Source: an uncultured Ruminococcus sp. (lineage in GTDB: Bacteria; Bacillota; Clostridia; Oscillospirales; Acutalibacteraceae). From it: a stretch of 40,802 nt of DNA. This document shows positions 6,969 to 16,182 of this stretch, piece by piece (position 1 is the first letter of the stretch; each line of letters opens with the position of its first letter). The DNA is taken from positions 1 through 40,802 of the forward strand of contig CACYCN010000122.1 in assembly GCA_902772895.1 (NCBI GenBank), written 5' to 3'. A program made the translations under genes and the position numbers. The notes beneath the pieces are model-generated. The model saw nothing but the letters and a program-made list of their open reading frames with translations. It searched no databases and was not told the DNA's origin.

Positions 6969-9248
6969 ATGAAGTTAAAAGAGTATGATATTTATGTGAT
7001 CGAAGGAGAATCGATTTGTAAATATAGTACCGGTATGTTCCCTAAAAGAGAGCTTACCGTTGGTACTGTCGGAACGGATATTATGGTTCGTACCCCCTCT
7101 GTTTCCAAACAGCATTTACAGATAAGATTCGGTGAAAACGGCGTCTCTTTTGCCGATCTTGGCAGCAGTAACGGCTCCTTTTTGTTTACCGGAAAAGGCT
7201 TTTTCCAGCTGGAACGCCTGAAGTATTTCGGCGGAAGACAGGGAAAAAATCTGGTGATGCTGGGAAATGCCGTTATGCTGCTGGTGGTGCTGTCACATGG
7301 AAAGGATTATGTCAGGATGCCCGTGCAGATGGGGCTGTCCATCGGACGCAGTACCAATTGCAGTATTGTGCTGGATCATGTCGGCGTATCTCGTAATCAT
7401 GCCCAGATCGTACCCGCTGAAGGCGGTAATATGATCCTCAGACCCATCGGTAAGAACGGGAGCTTTGTCAACGGAAAGGAACTGGATGGGGTTCATCAGC
7501 TGAAAGACGGCGACTATATCCAGATTCTCAATTACTCCTTTGTTTATTTCGGCAACAGTGTGATCTATCGGGATGTTGCGGTCGGCAGCGGTCTGGAAGT
7601 TTATCATCTGCTGAAAAAGGTCAAGGGTAAGGGCGGAAAGAAAAAAATTATTCTTAATGATGTGAGTCTTAAAATCGAAAGTAATGATTTTGTCGCTATT
7701 ATCGGCGGCTCCGGTTCCGGTAAGACCACTCTCATGAACGCTATCAGCGGATTTGATGATAAACTCACGGGCGGCGCCGTTTTCTATAACGGAATCGACC
7801 TGCTGGAAAATTTCGAAACTCTGAAAAGTGTGATCGGCTATGTGCCGCAGCAGGATATTATCTATGAAAATCTGACGCTGCGGAAAATGCTTCACTATAC
7901 CCTGAAACTCAAGTCGGGCGATGAGCTGACTAAAGAAGAAATGAACCGTAAAATTGATAAGGTATTGGAAATCGTTGAACTGACCCAGCATCAGCATACC
8001 TATATCAGAAAACTCAGCGGCGGTCAGAAAAAACGCGCCAGTATTGCCGTGGAACTGCTGGGCGATCCCAGCTTATTCTTCCTGGATGAGCCGACTTCCG
8101 GCCTCGATCCGGGAACGGAAGCCCATCTGATGCAGTCCCTCCAGAAACTTGCCAAAAATGAATCCAAAACCGTTATCCTCGTCACGCATAATACGCAGAA
8201 TCTCGATCTGTGTGATAAAGTTATCTTTATGGGCGCAGGCGGTAAAATCTGTTTCTGCGGCAATATCGAAGACGCCAAACAGTACTTCAAAACGGACGAT
8301 CTGATTAAAATCTATGAGGAAATCAGCGAACGTCCGGATTATTGGTCCGAAAAATATAAAAAGACTTTCAGCTTCTCCGGTTCATCCGCCAAACCGCAGA
8401 AATCAAAGCCGACAAGAGGCGTTAATTATTTCCGTCAGTTCGGGGTCCTGACTATCCGCTATGCCGAATTGATCAAGAACGATATGGCAAGACTGATTCT
8501 GCTGTTTGCGCAGCCGGTCGTGATGGGATTCCTGATGTTCTTTGTGGCCCGGGCACAGGTCTATGACTATTACGAAGATGCCAAGTCGATTTTCTTTGTG
8601 ATGTCCTGCGCGGCGATCTGGCTGGGCGTATTTAACTCGATTCAGGAGGTTTGTAAAGAAAGGGTCATCCTTAAACGAGAATATATGGGTAATGTCAAGA
8701 TACCGGTTTATATCCTTTCCAAGTATCTGATCCAGATCATTATCGCCCTGGTTCAGGCGGCTATTATGCTTCTGACATTTATGCTGACCATCGGACTGCC
8801 GGATATTGAACCGTTTATTTTCCCCAGTACGTTTATGGATATGTTCTTCGTCCTGTTTATGACGATTTTTACTTCCGCTGCGTTAGGACTGGTTATTTCG
8901 TCCTTTGTCAAGAGCAGCGACCGCGCTATGGCGATCGCTCCGTTTGCACTGATCGTGCAGTTGTTATTCTCCGGAATTCTGTTCAGCCTCAGCGGCTTTA
9001 CGGAGGTCCTTTCCTTCTTTACCGTCAGCAGATGGTCAATGGAAGCCTTTGGTAATCTGATGGATCTGAATAACATGAAACTGGTGTTACAGGATGCCTA
9101 TCCCCAGATCGCCCATTCCGTTGAATCGATGTTTGTCCATAGTCAGCCCCGTTACTGGCTGTCTATTGCCATGATGGGAATTATGATCTTCCTGCTGATG
9201 ATGATCAGTATGGTATCGCTTCGTAATATCTCCAAAAACGACAGATGA
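6969..9248 (+). CDS. FHA-FHA-ABC exporter: two N-terminal FHA domains, an ABC ATPase and an ABC-2 type permease in one polypeptide (Rv1747-like architecture)
   Basis: FHA1 is VGTVGTDIMVRTPSVSKQHLQI...SSNGSF, where the conserved Arg is replaced (GT). FHA2 is IGRSTNCSIVLDHVGVSRNHAQI...KNGSFVNG. Walker A GGSGSGKTT, signature LSGGQKKR, Walker B LFFLDEPTSGLD. Six C-terminal TM helices. Start set at the ATG at 6969 (MKLKEYD). Confidence 0.85.
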   Translation: MKLKEYDIYVIEGESICKYSTGMFPKRELTVGTVGTDIMVRTPSVSKQHLQIRFGENGVSFADLGSSNGSFLFTGKGFFQLERLKYFGGRQGKNLVMLGNAVMLLVVLSHGKDYVRMPVQMGLSIGRSTNCSIVLDHVGVSRNHAQIVPAEGGNMILRPIGKNGSFVNGKELDGVHQLKDGDYIQILNYSFVYFGNSVIYRDVAVGSGLEVYHLLKKVKGKGGKKKIILNDVSLKIESNDFVAIIGGSGSGKTTLMNAISGFDDKLTGGAVFYNGIDLLENFETLKSVIGYVPQQDIIYENLTLRKMLHYTLKLKSGDELTKEEMNRKIDKVLEIVELTQHQHTYIRKLSGGQKKRASIAVELLGDPSLFFLDEPTSGLDPGTEAHLMQSLQKLAKNESKTVILVTHNTQNLDLCDKVIFMGAGGKICFCGNIEDAKQYFKTDDLIKIYEEISERPDYWSEKYKKTFSFSGSSAKPQKSKPTRGVNYFRQFGVLTIRYAELIKNDMARLILLFAQPVVMGFLMFFVARAQVYDYYEDAKSIFFVMSCAAIWLGVFNSIQEVCKERVILKREYMGNVKIPVYILSKYLIQIIIALVQAAIMLLTFMLTIGLPDIEPFIFPSTFMDMFFVLFMTIFTSAALGLVISSFVKSSDRAMAIAPFALIVQLLFSGILFSLSGFTEVLSFFTVSRWSMEAFGNLMDLNNMKLVLQDAYPQIAHSVESMFVHSQPRYWLSIAMMGIMIFLLMMISMVSLRNISKNDR

Positions 9249-9299
9249 CCGGCGCAGGCTGACAGCCGAGATTGACAGAATTGTGTTTCCTGTTGCTGT

Positions 9300-9333
9300 C
9301 CGTTCCTTCCGGGCTACACTCCGGAAGGAACGG
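9300..9333 (+). terminator. 13-bp perfect stem-loop after the ABC gene, with no T-tract
   Basis: ccgttccttccgg (9300-9312) / ccggaaggaacgg (9321-9333), 8-nt loop. The downstream sequence atggaataacgg is not U-rich, so terminator function is uncertain. Confidence 0.35.
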
Positions 9334-9549
9334 ATGGAATAACGGCGGAGCATTGGTCTGTCGTTGATACGTCTGCCGGTTGTGAAAAATTTAGTATGCG
9401 GCATGAAAGAGAGCAGAATAGAATAGCGTTTCCCGATCTCTCAAAAATCGGCAAAAATACGGGACGGATGGCAGAATAAATTTCAGTTTTTGGCGTTTTT
9501 TATGATGGCGCAGGGGCGGAGCCTTTGTCGGGAACAAGTAGTTTAGGAT

Positions 9550-10284
9550 GTGGAGTGTTTGCTGGTTATCGGAATTTGTGACATTAATCCAAGTCACAGA
9601 GGAATCATCAAAAACTTAATAGAAGCTGTGTTTTTTGATCAGTCGGAAATTTCGGTCTCTGAATATGATAAGGCGGAAAAACTCATACAGGCTATCGGTA
9701 TGGGAAATCTGTCTTTCGATTTGGTGATCCTTGATGTTGCGTCCTGCGGCGGCTTATCGATTCCCGAGTACTTCAAAAACGGAGATATCCACACCGACGT
9801 AATAGTTTATTCCGATACGCCGGCGTTTGTTTTTGACGGCTATCGGTACGGTTTGTTTGATTATGTTCTGAAACAGCCCTCACTTGAAAATCTGCAGGAG
9901 TCGCTGACCCGCTATATCGCCGAAAAACTGAACTGTATGACGGAGTATCTCAGCGTCAGAACCAACGGCTGTATGCAGAATATCCGACTGGATAAAGTTA
10001 CCTATTTTGAAAGCCGCGGACGAAAGATTGCCGCGGTTTCTATGGAAGAAAAATTTGAGTTTTATCAGAAAATGGACGAGCTGCTGGCGGTATTGCCGAT
10101 CGGCAGCTTTGTGCGCTGCCATCAGAGCTATACCGTGAATATCAAGGCAATCTATTCCTATAGCTCGTCCTCCATCGTTTTGAAAAACGGACAGAGTATC
10201 CCGGTCAGCCGCAAGTATTATCAGGATCTGAAGATGATTTTTGAACCGTCAAATTTGTCTGAAAAACAGTCAATTATTACATAG
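9550..10284 (+). CDS. LytTR-family DNA-binding regulator with an atypical receiver-like N-terminal domain; no partner histidine kinase in the window
   Basis: C-terminal LytTR signature (IRLDKVTYFESRGRKIAAV...FVRCHQSYTVNIKAI...IPVSRKYYQDLK). The N-terminal domain keeps the DLVILDV Asp, but the usual N-terminal acidic pair is replaced (VIGICD). The start codon (GTG 9550) is uncertain. Confidence 0.75.
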   Translation: MECLLVIGICDINPSHRGIIKNLIEAVFFDQSEISVSEYDKAEKLIQAIGMGNLSFDLVILDVASCGGLSIPEYFKNGDIHTDVIVYSDTPAFVFDGYRYGLFDYVLKQPSLENLQESLTRYIAEKLNCMTEYLSVRTNGCMQNIRLDKVTYFESRGRKIAAVSMEEKFEFYQKMDELLAVLPIGSFVRCHQSYTVNIKAIYSYSSSSIVLKNGQSIPVSRKYYQDLKMIFEPSNLSEKQSIIT

Positions 10285-10374
10285 TTGCCTATTTTGAATC
10301 AGTTTGTAGTATAATAGTTCTAAAGCAAGGAATGTATCCTGCCGGATGTGTTCCGGATGCGGGAGGTTGAGGTT

Positions 10375-11103
10375 ATGGTCGATTATGCATTTGTTACGTC
10401 TGAGGGCGGCAGAGAAGTCAATGAAGATAGTGTTAATATTGTGAAACGGGATGAGAATCATTATTGTTTTCTGCTGGCAGACGGCCTTGGCGGTCACGGC
10501 CTGGGGGATGTGGCGTCCTCTTTGGCAGTCAAGAATTCACAGGATGTGTATATGGCGTTTTGTGAACAGGATAATGTGCTGGGAATGATTTTTGAGGCGG
10601 CGCAGAAACGTGTGTTATATGAACAGGAAAGACGCAGGGCGCATGCCGCTCTGAAAACAACGCTCACAGCCCTGACCATTGAAAACGGTGCGGCAAAATG
10701 GGGACATATCGGTGATTCCCGTATCTACTGTTTTCAGAATGACGCCGTCAGAAAACGTACCAAAGATCATAGCGTACCCCAGATGCTGGTGGATATGGGA
10801 AGGATCACGGAAGATCAGATCCGGAATCATCCGGACCGTAACCGCCTGCTGAGAGTTATCGGTGAAGAATGGTCCTCCATGAGTTATCAGCTGGAAGAAC
10901 CCTTTCCGGTGACGCAGGGAATGGCATTTCTCCTCAGCTCGGACGGCTTCTGGGAACTCATCACCGAAGAGGAAATGATCGCCTGTATGAAATGGCATAA
11001 GAGCGCGGAAGGCTGGCTGAATGATATGGCGGCGATCGTAAAGCAAAGAGGCGCCGGAAAACGCTCGGATAATTATTCCGCTATTGTCGTCCGGATCCGA
11101 TAG
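10375..11103 (+). CDS. PP2C-family Ser/Thr protein phosphatase (copy 1)
   Basis: NEDS, LLADGLGGHGLGDVASS, IGDSRIY, LLSSDGFWE and DNYSAIVV motifs. Start moved to the ATG at 10375, which has GGGAGG at 10361-10366. Confidence 0.85.
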   Translation: MVDYAFVTSEGGREVNEDSVNIVKRDENHYCFLLADGLGGHGLGDVASSLAVKNSQDVYMAFCEQDNVLGMIFEAAQKRVLYEQERRRAHAALKTTLTALTIENGAAKWGHIGDSRIYCFQNDAVRKRTKDHSVPQMLVDMGRITEDQIRNHPDRNRLLRVIGEEWSSMSYQLEEPFPVTQGMAFLLSSDGFWELITEEEMIACMKWHKSAEGWLNDMAAIVKQRGAGKRSDNYSAIVVRIR

Positions 11104-11114
11104 GAGGGAAGACT

Positions 11115-11645
11115 ATGTCATTGAAAATGTGTGATAAGGGTCATCACTATGATGACTCACTGTTTGCTTCCTGTCCCGTGTGCGCGGTGTCTGTGAATGA
11201 AACGCCGCAGGTGAATCCGCCGGTCAAGGTCAAACGGATTACCATCAGCCGCAAACAGACGGAGGATGCCGAAGAAAAAACCATCGCTTATCATTCCGAA
11301 TTCAAAGGAAATAATTATGTGACCGGATGGCTGATCTGCTCGGAGGGCGCGGAAAAGGGAAGAGATTACCGGCTGCATTACGGGTTTAACCGGATCGGAA
11401 CTTCCGGTTTGATGGATGTTTGTATCAACGGTGACCGGAAAATTGCCGACCGGTCGCATTGTTCCGTGGTATATGACAGCAAGGGTAATGAATTCTTTGT
11501 ATCTCCCGGAAAGGGAACCATTACTTATGTCAACGGTGAACTGCTGAAAAAATCAAGGGAACTTCATCAGGGGGATAAGATCGAGATCGGTGAAACGACA
11601 CTGGAATTTATTCCGTATTGCGGAGGGGATAAAAAATGGGACTGA
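11115..11645 (+). CDS. Zinc-ribbon + FHA protein (Zn-FHA paralog A, degenerate pThr pocket)
   Basis: N-terminal zinc-ribbon MCDKGHHYDDSLFASCPVC. C-terminal FHA-like module GWLICSEG...NRIGTSGLMDVCINGDRKIADRSHCSVVY...YVNGE. C-terminal tail FIPYCGGDKKWD. The stop overlaps the next gene's ATG. Confidence 0.75.
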   Translation: MSLKMCDKGHHYDDSLFASCPVCAVSVNETPQVNPPVKVKRITISRKQTEDAEEKTIAYHSEFKGNNYVTGWLICSEGAEKGRDYRLHYGFNRIGTSGLMDVCINGDRKIADRSHCSVVYDSKGNEFFVSPGKGTITYVNGELLKKSRELHQGDKIEIGETTLEFIPYCGGDKKWD

Positions 11646-13549
11646 AAAATTGGACAATCCGGATGGCAGTCGGTATCGCGGTCCTCACGGCGCTGACAGC
11701 GGTGATCCCGTCATTCGGCGCAAAAGCCGCATCGGATTCCCTGGCGGTTTCCGAGATCGAACAGGTCTATGTGAATATGCCGGAGATCCGGGTGTATTTC
11801 AGTCATCTGGACGATGATGTCAGAACGCCCGGCGATATCAGGGCTTTTTATGATGATACCACTATGGTCTGCGAGTCTGTTTCGTATTTTTCGGAAACGG
11901 GTGACGGGGTGGACTATTATGTCCTGTTGGATACGTCGTCTTCTATCCTGAACGCTACCTTCGAAAAAATGAAGGAAGCCATTAAAAGCTTTAATAACGA
12001 GCTGGGAGAAAAAGACCGGATGACACTCATCACCTTCGGAGATGATGAAAAGGAATTATACCGGTCAGACCGCAGCGGTGACGATCTGGCAACGATTCTG
12101 GATAAACTCAATGCTACCAGTAACTCTACCTCTCTGTTTGCGGGATTATCCCTGGCGGCTCAGCTGTCCGACAGTAATAACAGCGATAATTACCGGCGGA
12201 AGATCTGTCTGCTTTATACGGACGGTTATGACAGGGCTGCCGGTAAAGAAACCATTGATGAAACCAAGGATAAACTGATTAAGTATAATCTGCCGGTTTA
12301 TACGATTTCCGCAGTGGCGACGACTTCGGAGGATAACGCCAAGTTAGGCGAACTGTCCAGAACGACCGGCGGCGCAATGAAGGTGCCGGGAAATGATAAG
12401 ACCTTCACCGATATGACCAGGGAAGTGGTGAAGGAGATCGCTGATTCGAATGTGCTGATCTTTAACGCAGATAATAATCTTGTCAGTCCGAATGAAAAGA
12501 AAAGTCTTTCGGTGCAGTTTGTGAAGAAAGATATTACCAAAAGTAAGGATGTCTATTTTATCCGCAGCCAGAAGGATGATACCGCTCCCAAAATTGAGAA
12601 AGTGGAGTCAGATGGCACCGATAAAATCAAGGTTTATTTCACGGAGGATGTGCTGGATGCGGATAATCCGAAGAACTATCAGGTAACCAATGCCCAGGGC
12701 ATTGATATGATCGTCACAGAGGCGGTCTATGAAAAGAAAGACGGAAAGTATATGGCTACCGTTACTTTCAGTACGCCGGTGATCAAGGGAGATTATACGA
12801 TTTCCTGCCGTAATATCTGTGATAATTCCATGCAGAAGAATGCCATCGTCGGCAGTGTGGATCAGTATCTGGAAGGGGTGGAAGCGCCCAATGCGTTCTT
12901 GCAGTTCATCCTCTCCTGGCAGGGAATTATCCTTGCGGCAGTCGTGGTGATCGCAACGGCAGTATTGGTCATCGTTATCATCCGCTCCCGTAAAAAATCC
13001 GCCAGAGCCGCTAAGCTTGCCGCAGAGAAAGCCGCTAAGGAGGCCGCCATAGAGGCTGCCAAGAATACGCCTCCCAAAGTAGTGCAGGTGGTACAGCCCG
13101 TGATGCAGACACCTGCGCCCACTCCCGCTCCTGCTCCGGCTGTTGCGCCGAATCCGCCGCCTCAGAAAGATCCGGTGCCGCATCCCAGACAACAGGTCAT
13201 CAATGATATTGAAAGACAGGCGCCTAAGTATGTGGTCAATATCCGGGAAACCAACAGTATCTTTATGAATATCCAGCTCGAAGGCGGCGAAAGCAAAATG
13301 GTCGAACTGGAATTTGAGGATAAGTTAGTGGTAGGTAGAAGTCAGAACTGTGATGTCTGCATTGATGATAAGTTTATTGCCAGAAATCAGTTTGTGATAG
13401 AAAAACAGAACAATCAATATTATGTAACGGATCTGAATTCCACAAACGGAACTTCCGTCAACGGAATCAGAATTACAGGAAAACACCGTCTGGAAAAGGG
13501 TGATGTGATCAGCGCCGGTATGGTGCGGATGACAGTGTCCTGGAAGTGA
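11636..13549 (+). CDS. Single-pass membrane protein: signal/anchor, extracellular vWA (MIDAS) and Ig-like module, TM, Ala/Lys- and Pro-rich linker, cytoplasmic FHA
   Basis: MIDAS DxSxS (LLDTSSSI) with later T and D (LLYTDGYD). Ig-like segment DDTAPKIEKVESDGTDKIKVYFTEDV. TM GIILAAVVVIATAVLVIVII. Linker PAPTPAPAPAVAPNPPPQ. FHA LVVGRSQNCDVCIDDKFIARNQFVI...STNGTSVNG. The ATG at 11636 overlaps the upstream stop by 10 nt, and GGAGGGG lies upstream. Confidence 0.8.
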   Translation: MGLKNWTIRMAVGIAVLTALTAVIPSFGAKAASDSLAVSEIEQVYVNMPEIRVYFSHLDDDVRTPGDIRAFYDDTTMVCESVSYFSETGDGVDYYVLLDTSSSILNATFEKMKEAIKSFNNELGEKDRMTLITFGDDEKELYRSDRSGDDLATILDKLNATSNSTSLFAGLSLAAQLSDSNNSDNYRRKICLLYTDGYDRAAGKETIDETKDKLIKYNLPVYTISAVATTSEDNAKLGELSRTTGGAMKVPGNDKTFTDMTREVVKEIADSNVLIFNADNNLVSPNEKKSLSVQFVKKDITKSKDVYFIRSQKDDTAPKIEKVESDGTDKIKVYFTEDVLDADNPKNYQVTNAQGIDMIVTEAVYEKKDGKYMATVTFSTPVIKGDYTISCRNICDNSMQKNAIVGSVDQYLEGVEAPNAFLQFILSWQGIILAAVVVIATAVLVIVIIRSRKKSARAAKLAAEKAAKEAAIEAAKNTPPKVVQVVQPVMQTPAPTPAPAPAVAPNPPPQKDPVPHPRQQVINDIERQAPKYVVNIRETNSIFMNIQLEGGESKMVELEFEDKLVVGRSQNCDVCIDDKFIARNQFVIEKQNNQYYVTDLNSTNGTSVNGIRITGKHRLEKGDVISAGMVRMTVSWK

Positions 13550-13581
13550 CGGAAAATGATTGTAACCGAAAAGGTGAATGA

Positions 13582-14859
13582 ATGATGTTGTGTCCAAATT
13601 GTTTTAAGTATACTTTTGACGGAAACGTCTGTTCGTCCTGCGGCTATCAGCCCAACGGCGATAATTTTGAAGATATGAAAATGTTCTATAAGCTGAAGAA
13701 CCGTTATTTGATCGGACGGTCCATCGGCGCCGGCGGTTTCGGCATCACCTATCTGGCGTATGATACACTGACAGACAGCCGGGTATGCGTGAAGGAATAT
13801 TTCCCGATGGGTCTGGTGGTGCGCAGCAATGACGGCGTCACCATCCAATATACCCGTCAGAACCGTATGGAGGAATTTCAGCACGGAATCGAACGTTTTG
13901 TGGGAGAAGCAAGGGTCATCAGTGAAATGAGTAATATTTCCGGCGTGGTCAATATTATTGATTGCTTCGAAGAAAACGGTACCGCTTATTATGTCATGGA
14001 ATATCTGGACGGTCTTTCACTCAAGAGAATCGTGCCGGAAGGCGGAATGGATCTGAATGCTGCCAATGATATTATCCGTAAGATCGGCAGAAATATCGAT
14101 CTTGTCCATAAGGAAAAGGGCTATCTTCACAGAGATATCAGCCCCGAAAATATCATGATACTGGCATCCGGACGGGTGGTGCTGATTGATTTCGGCAGCG
14201 CCAAGAATTTCTTTATGAGCAACAGTAACTATACCATTACCCTGAAACATGGTTTTGCGCCGATTGAACAGTATTCTTCTACGGATTCCCAGGGTCCTTA
14301 TACGGATCTTTATGCCCTTGCCAGTACCTACTATTATATGCTCACCGGTAAGGTGATCCCCCGCGCAACGGATCGTCTCAGCGGAGCGCAGTATACGCCG
14401 CTGCATCTGGCAAGATCGGATGTCAGTAAGGCGTTATCGGATGCGGTTGACCGTGCCCTGATGCTGAATCCTGCCGAACGTACCCATACGATCGGGGAAT
14501 TTATCGATGAACTGGAACAGGCGATCGGCGCCAAGAGCGTGGAACTGGTGGAACATTATGTCCGGGTCAATATCGACGGACAGGATGTCAATAAAGTAAA
14601 AGTGGAGCCGGATAAGTGGATGACAGTCGGACGTTCCGTTAAAAGTGATATTGTATTTCCGAATTGTGATAATGTCACCCGTACCCATTGTAAGCTGATG
14701 TTTGATACGTATCGCCAGCGGTATTGTCTGGAGGATTGTTCCACTAACGGTACTTATATCAATTATGTCAGAATGGAAAAAGGAATGCGGTATTTTGTAG
14801 GTGAGACGGATCTGATCATTCTCGCCAATACCCGTTATCGATTAGTATTGGGAGGTTAA
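13582..14859 (+). CDS. Hanks-type Ser/Thr protein kinase with N-terminal zinc-ribbon and C-terminal FHA (predicted active)
   Basis: Zinc-ribbon MLCPNCFKYTFDGNVCSSCG. G-loop GAGGFG, VCVKE Lys, HRDISPEN, DFG, APIE. C-terminal FHA MTVGRSVKSDIVFPNCDNVTRTHCKL...STNGTYIN. Confidence 0.9.
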   Translation: MMLCPNCFKYTFDGNVCSSCGYQPNGDNFEDMKMFYKLKNRYLIGRSIGAGGFGITYLAYDTLTDSRVCVKEYFPMGLVVRSNDGVTIQYTRQNRMEEFQHGIERFVGEARVISEMSNISGVVNIIDCFEENGTAYYVMEYLDGLSLKRIVPEGGMDLNAANDIIRKIGRNIDLVHKEKGYLHRDISPENIMILASGRVVLIDFGSAKNFFMSNSNYTITLKHGFAPIEQYSSTDSQGPYTDLYALASTYYYMLTGKVIPRATDRLSGAQYTPLHLARSDVSKALSDAVDRALMLNPAERTHTIGEFIDELEQAIGAKSVELVEHYVRVNIDGQDVNKVKVEPDKWMTVGRSVKSDIVFPNCDNVTRTHCKLMFDTYRQRYCLEDCSTNGTYINYVRMEKGMRYFVGETDLIILANTRYRLVLGG

Positions 14860-14863
14860 GCGG

Positions 14864-15661
14864 ATGTATTCTTCGGACGAAAGTAACTTTATTACCGAAA
14901 AATATGTGCAGGAATGTCGGGCAACCATGGTGGCTTCGACCATTATCGGCACAAGAAAATATCAGCAGGATTCCTATGGCTGTATTGAAACGCCTGACGG
15001 GGGACTGGCGGTTGTCTGTGACGGCATGGGTGGTCTGGAAGGCGGCGAAAAAGCCAGTACATTGGCGGTAGGAATGCTGATGGAGGATTATCTGCGTACC
15101 CCGGTGACGGATTATAAGGAGTTCTTTTATCAGGAAGCCGTTAAACTGGATGATCTGGTCTATCATATTACGGATGAACAGGGAAAACTATTGGGTGCCG
15201 GTACCACGATCGTAGCCGTGCATATCCAGGGAAATATGATCCATTGGCTGTCGGTGGGAGACAGTAAAATCTATGTGATCCGCAGTAATGCCATGCAGTG
15301 TATTGTCAGAGAACATAATTATCGCATGATGCTGAACGATCTGTATATGAAGGGCAAAATCTCCATTGAACAGTACCGGAGTGAGGAAAGTAAGGCGGAA
15401 GCATTGACCAGCTTTCTCGGCATCGGTAATGTTTCCTTGATCGACCAGAGTGAAACACCCGTGGAACTGCTGAAAGGAGATATTATCCTGCTGTGCAGTG
15501 ACGGATTGTATAAATCTTTGTCGGATGATAAGATACTGGCGATTATTACCGATAACTTTTTTGACCTGCAGCGGGCTGCCAATGAACTGACAGCTTCTGC
15601 GCTGAAGTATTCCGGCAGGGGTCAGGATAATACGACGGTAGTGCTGGTGAGATATAGCTGA
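14864..15661 (+). CDS. PP2C-family Ser/Thr protein phosphatase (copy 2)
   Basis: QQDS, VVCDGMGGLEGGEKAS, VGDSKIY, LLCSDGLYKSL and GQDNTTVVLV motifs. GGGAGG RBS. Starts 4 nt after the kinase stop. Confidence 0.85.
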   Translation: MYSSDESNFITEKYVQECRATMVASTIIGTRKYQQDSYGCIETPDGGLAVVCDGMGGLEGGEKASTLAVGMLMEDYLRTPVTDYKEFFYQEAVKLDDLVYHITDEQGKLLGAGTTIVAVHIQGNMIHWLSVGDSKIYVIRSNAMQCIVREHNYRMMLNDLYMKGKISIEQYRSEESKAEALTSFLGIGNVSLIDQSETPVELLKGDIILLCSDGLYKSLSDDKILAIITDNFFDLQRAANELTASALKYSGRGQDNTTVVLVRYS

Positions 15662-15735
15662 CCGGATGGTGATTCTCTGAACGGTACTGACTGAATCGAG
15701 AGTTGACCGGGAAGAGCATCGTATTGAGAGAACGG

Positions 15736-16125
15736 ATGAGTAAATTGAGTATTTATGACAGAATGGGTTCACATACAAAGTCCCAGATAACGATTGTGCA
15801 TACCACAGGTACTCTTCGGAGAGGCTGTGTGACCGTCCTGAGCGGTGAAGGCGCAGGCAGATCCGTGACGGTTGACGCAATGGAAAAAGTGAAGATCGGC
15901 AGAAACGAAAAGGATTGTGAACTGGTGATCCCTTCCAGGGATATCAGCAGAATTCATTGTATTGCCGAATATGACAGTGAACGGTGTATGTTTATTGTAA
16001 CGGACTGTTCCATGAACGGAGTGTTTATTAATGGACAGCGGCTGCCGCTTAATATTCCTGTGCTGTTCGCAGGAGGAACCATTCTTATGCTGTCAAACGA
16101 TTCGCATCAGATCCTTCTGCGCTGA
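15736..16125 (+). CDS. Stand-alone FHA-domain protein (canonical pocket)
   Basis: VKIGRNEKDCELVIPSRDISRIHCIAEY...CSMNGVFINGQRL. Start set at the ATG at 15736; the track's TTG 15703 start is less likely. Confidence 0.8.
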   Translation: MSKLSIYDRMGSHTKSQITIVHTTGTLRRGCVTVLSGEGAGRSVTVDAMEKVKIGRNEKDCELVIPSRDISRIHCIAEYDSERCMFIVTDCSMNGVFINGQRLPLNIPVLFAGGTILMLSNDSHQILLR

Positions 16126-16182
16126 AGAGGATCTGATGACCAGACCATTAATGGTGTATCAATGTTTATAGAAGGTGATAGG

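Noticed and set aside
16106-16137. 10-bp perfect hairpin (atcagatcct / aggatctgat) spanning the stop codon of the 15736 FHA gene, considered as an internal attenuator
   Set aside because: There is no U-tract, and the downstream gene starts 45 nt later with its own RBS. The stem is partly coding sequence. The evidence is insufficient to call it a regulatory element.
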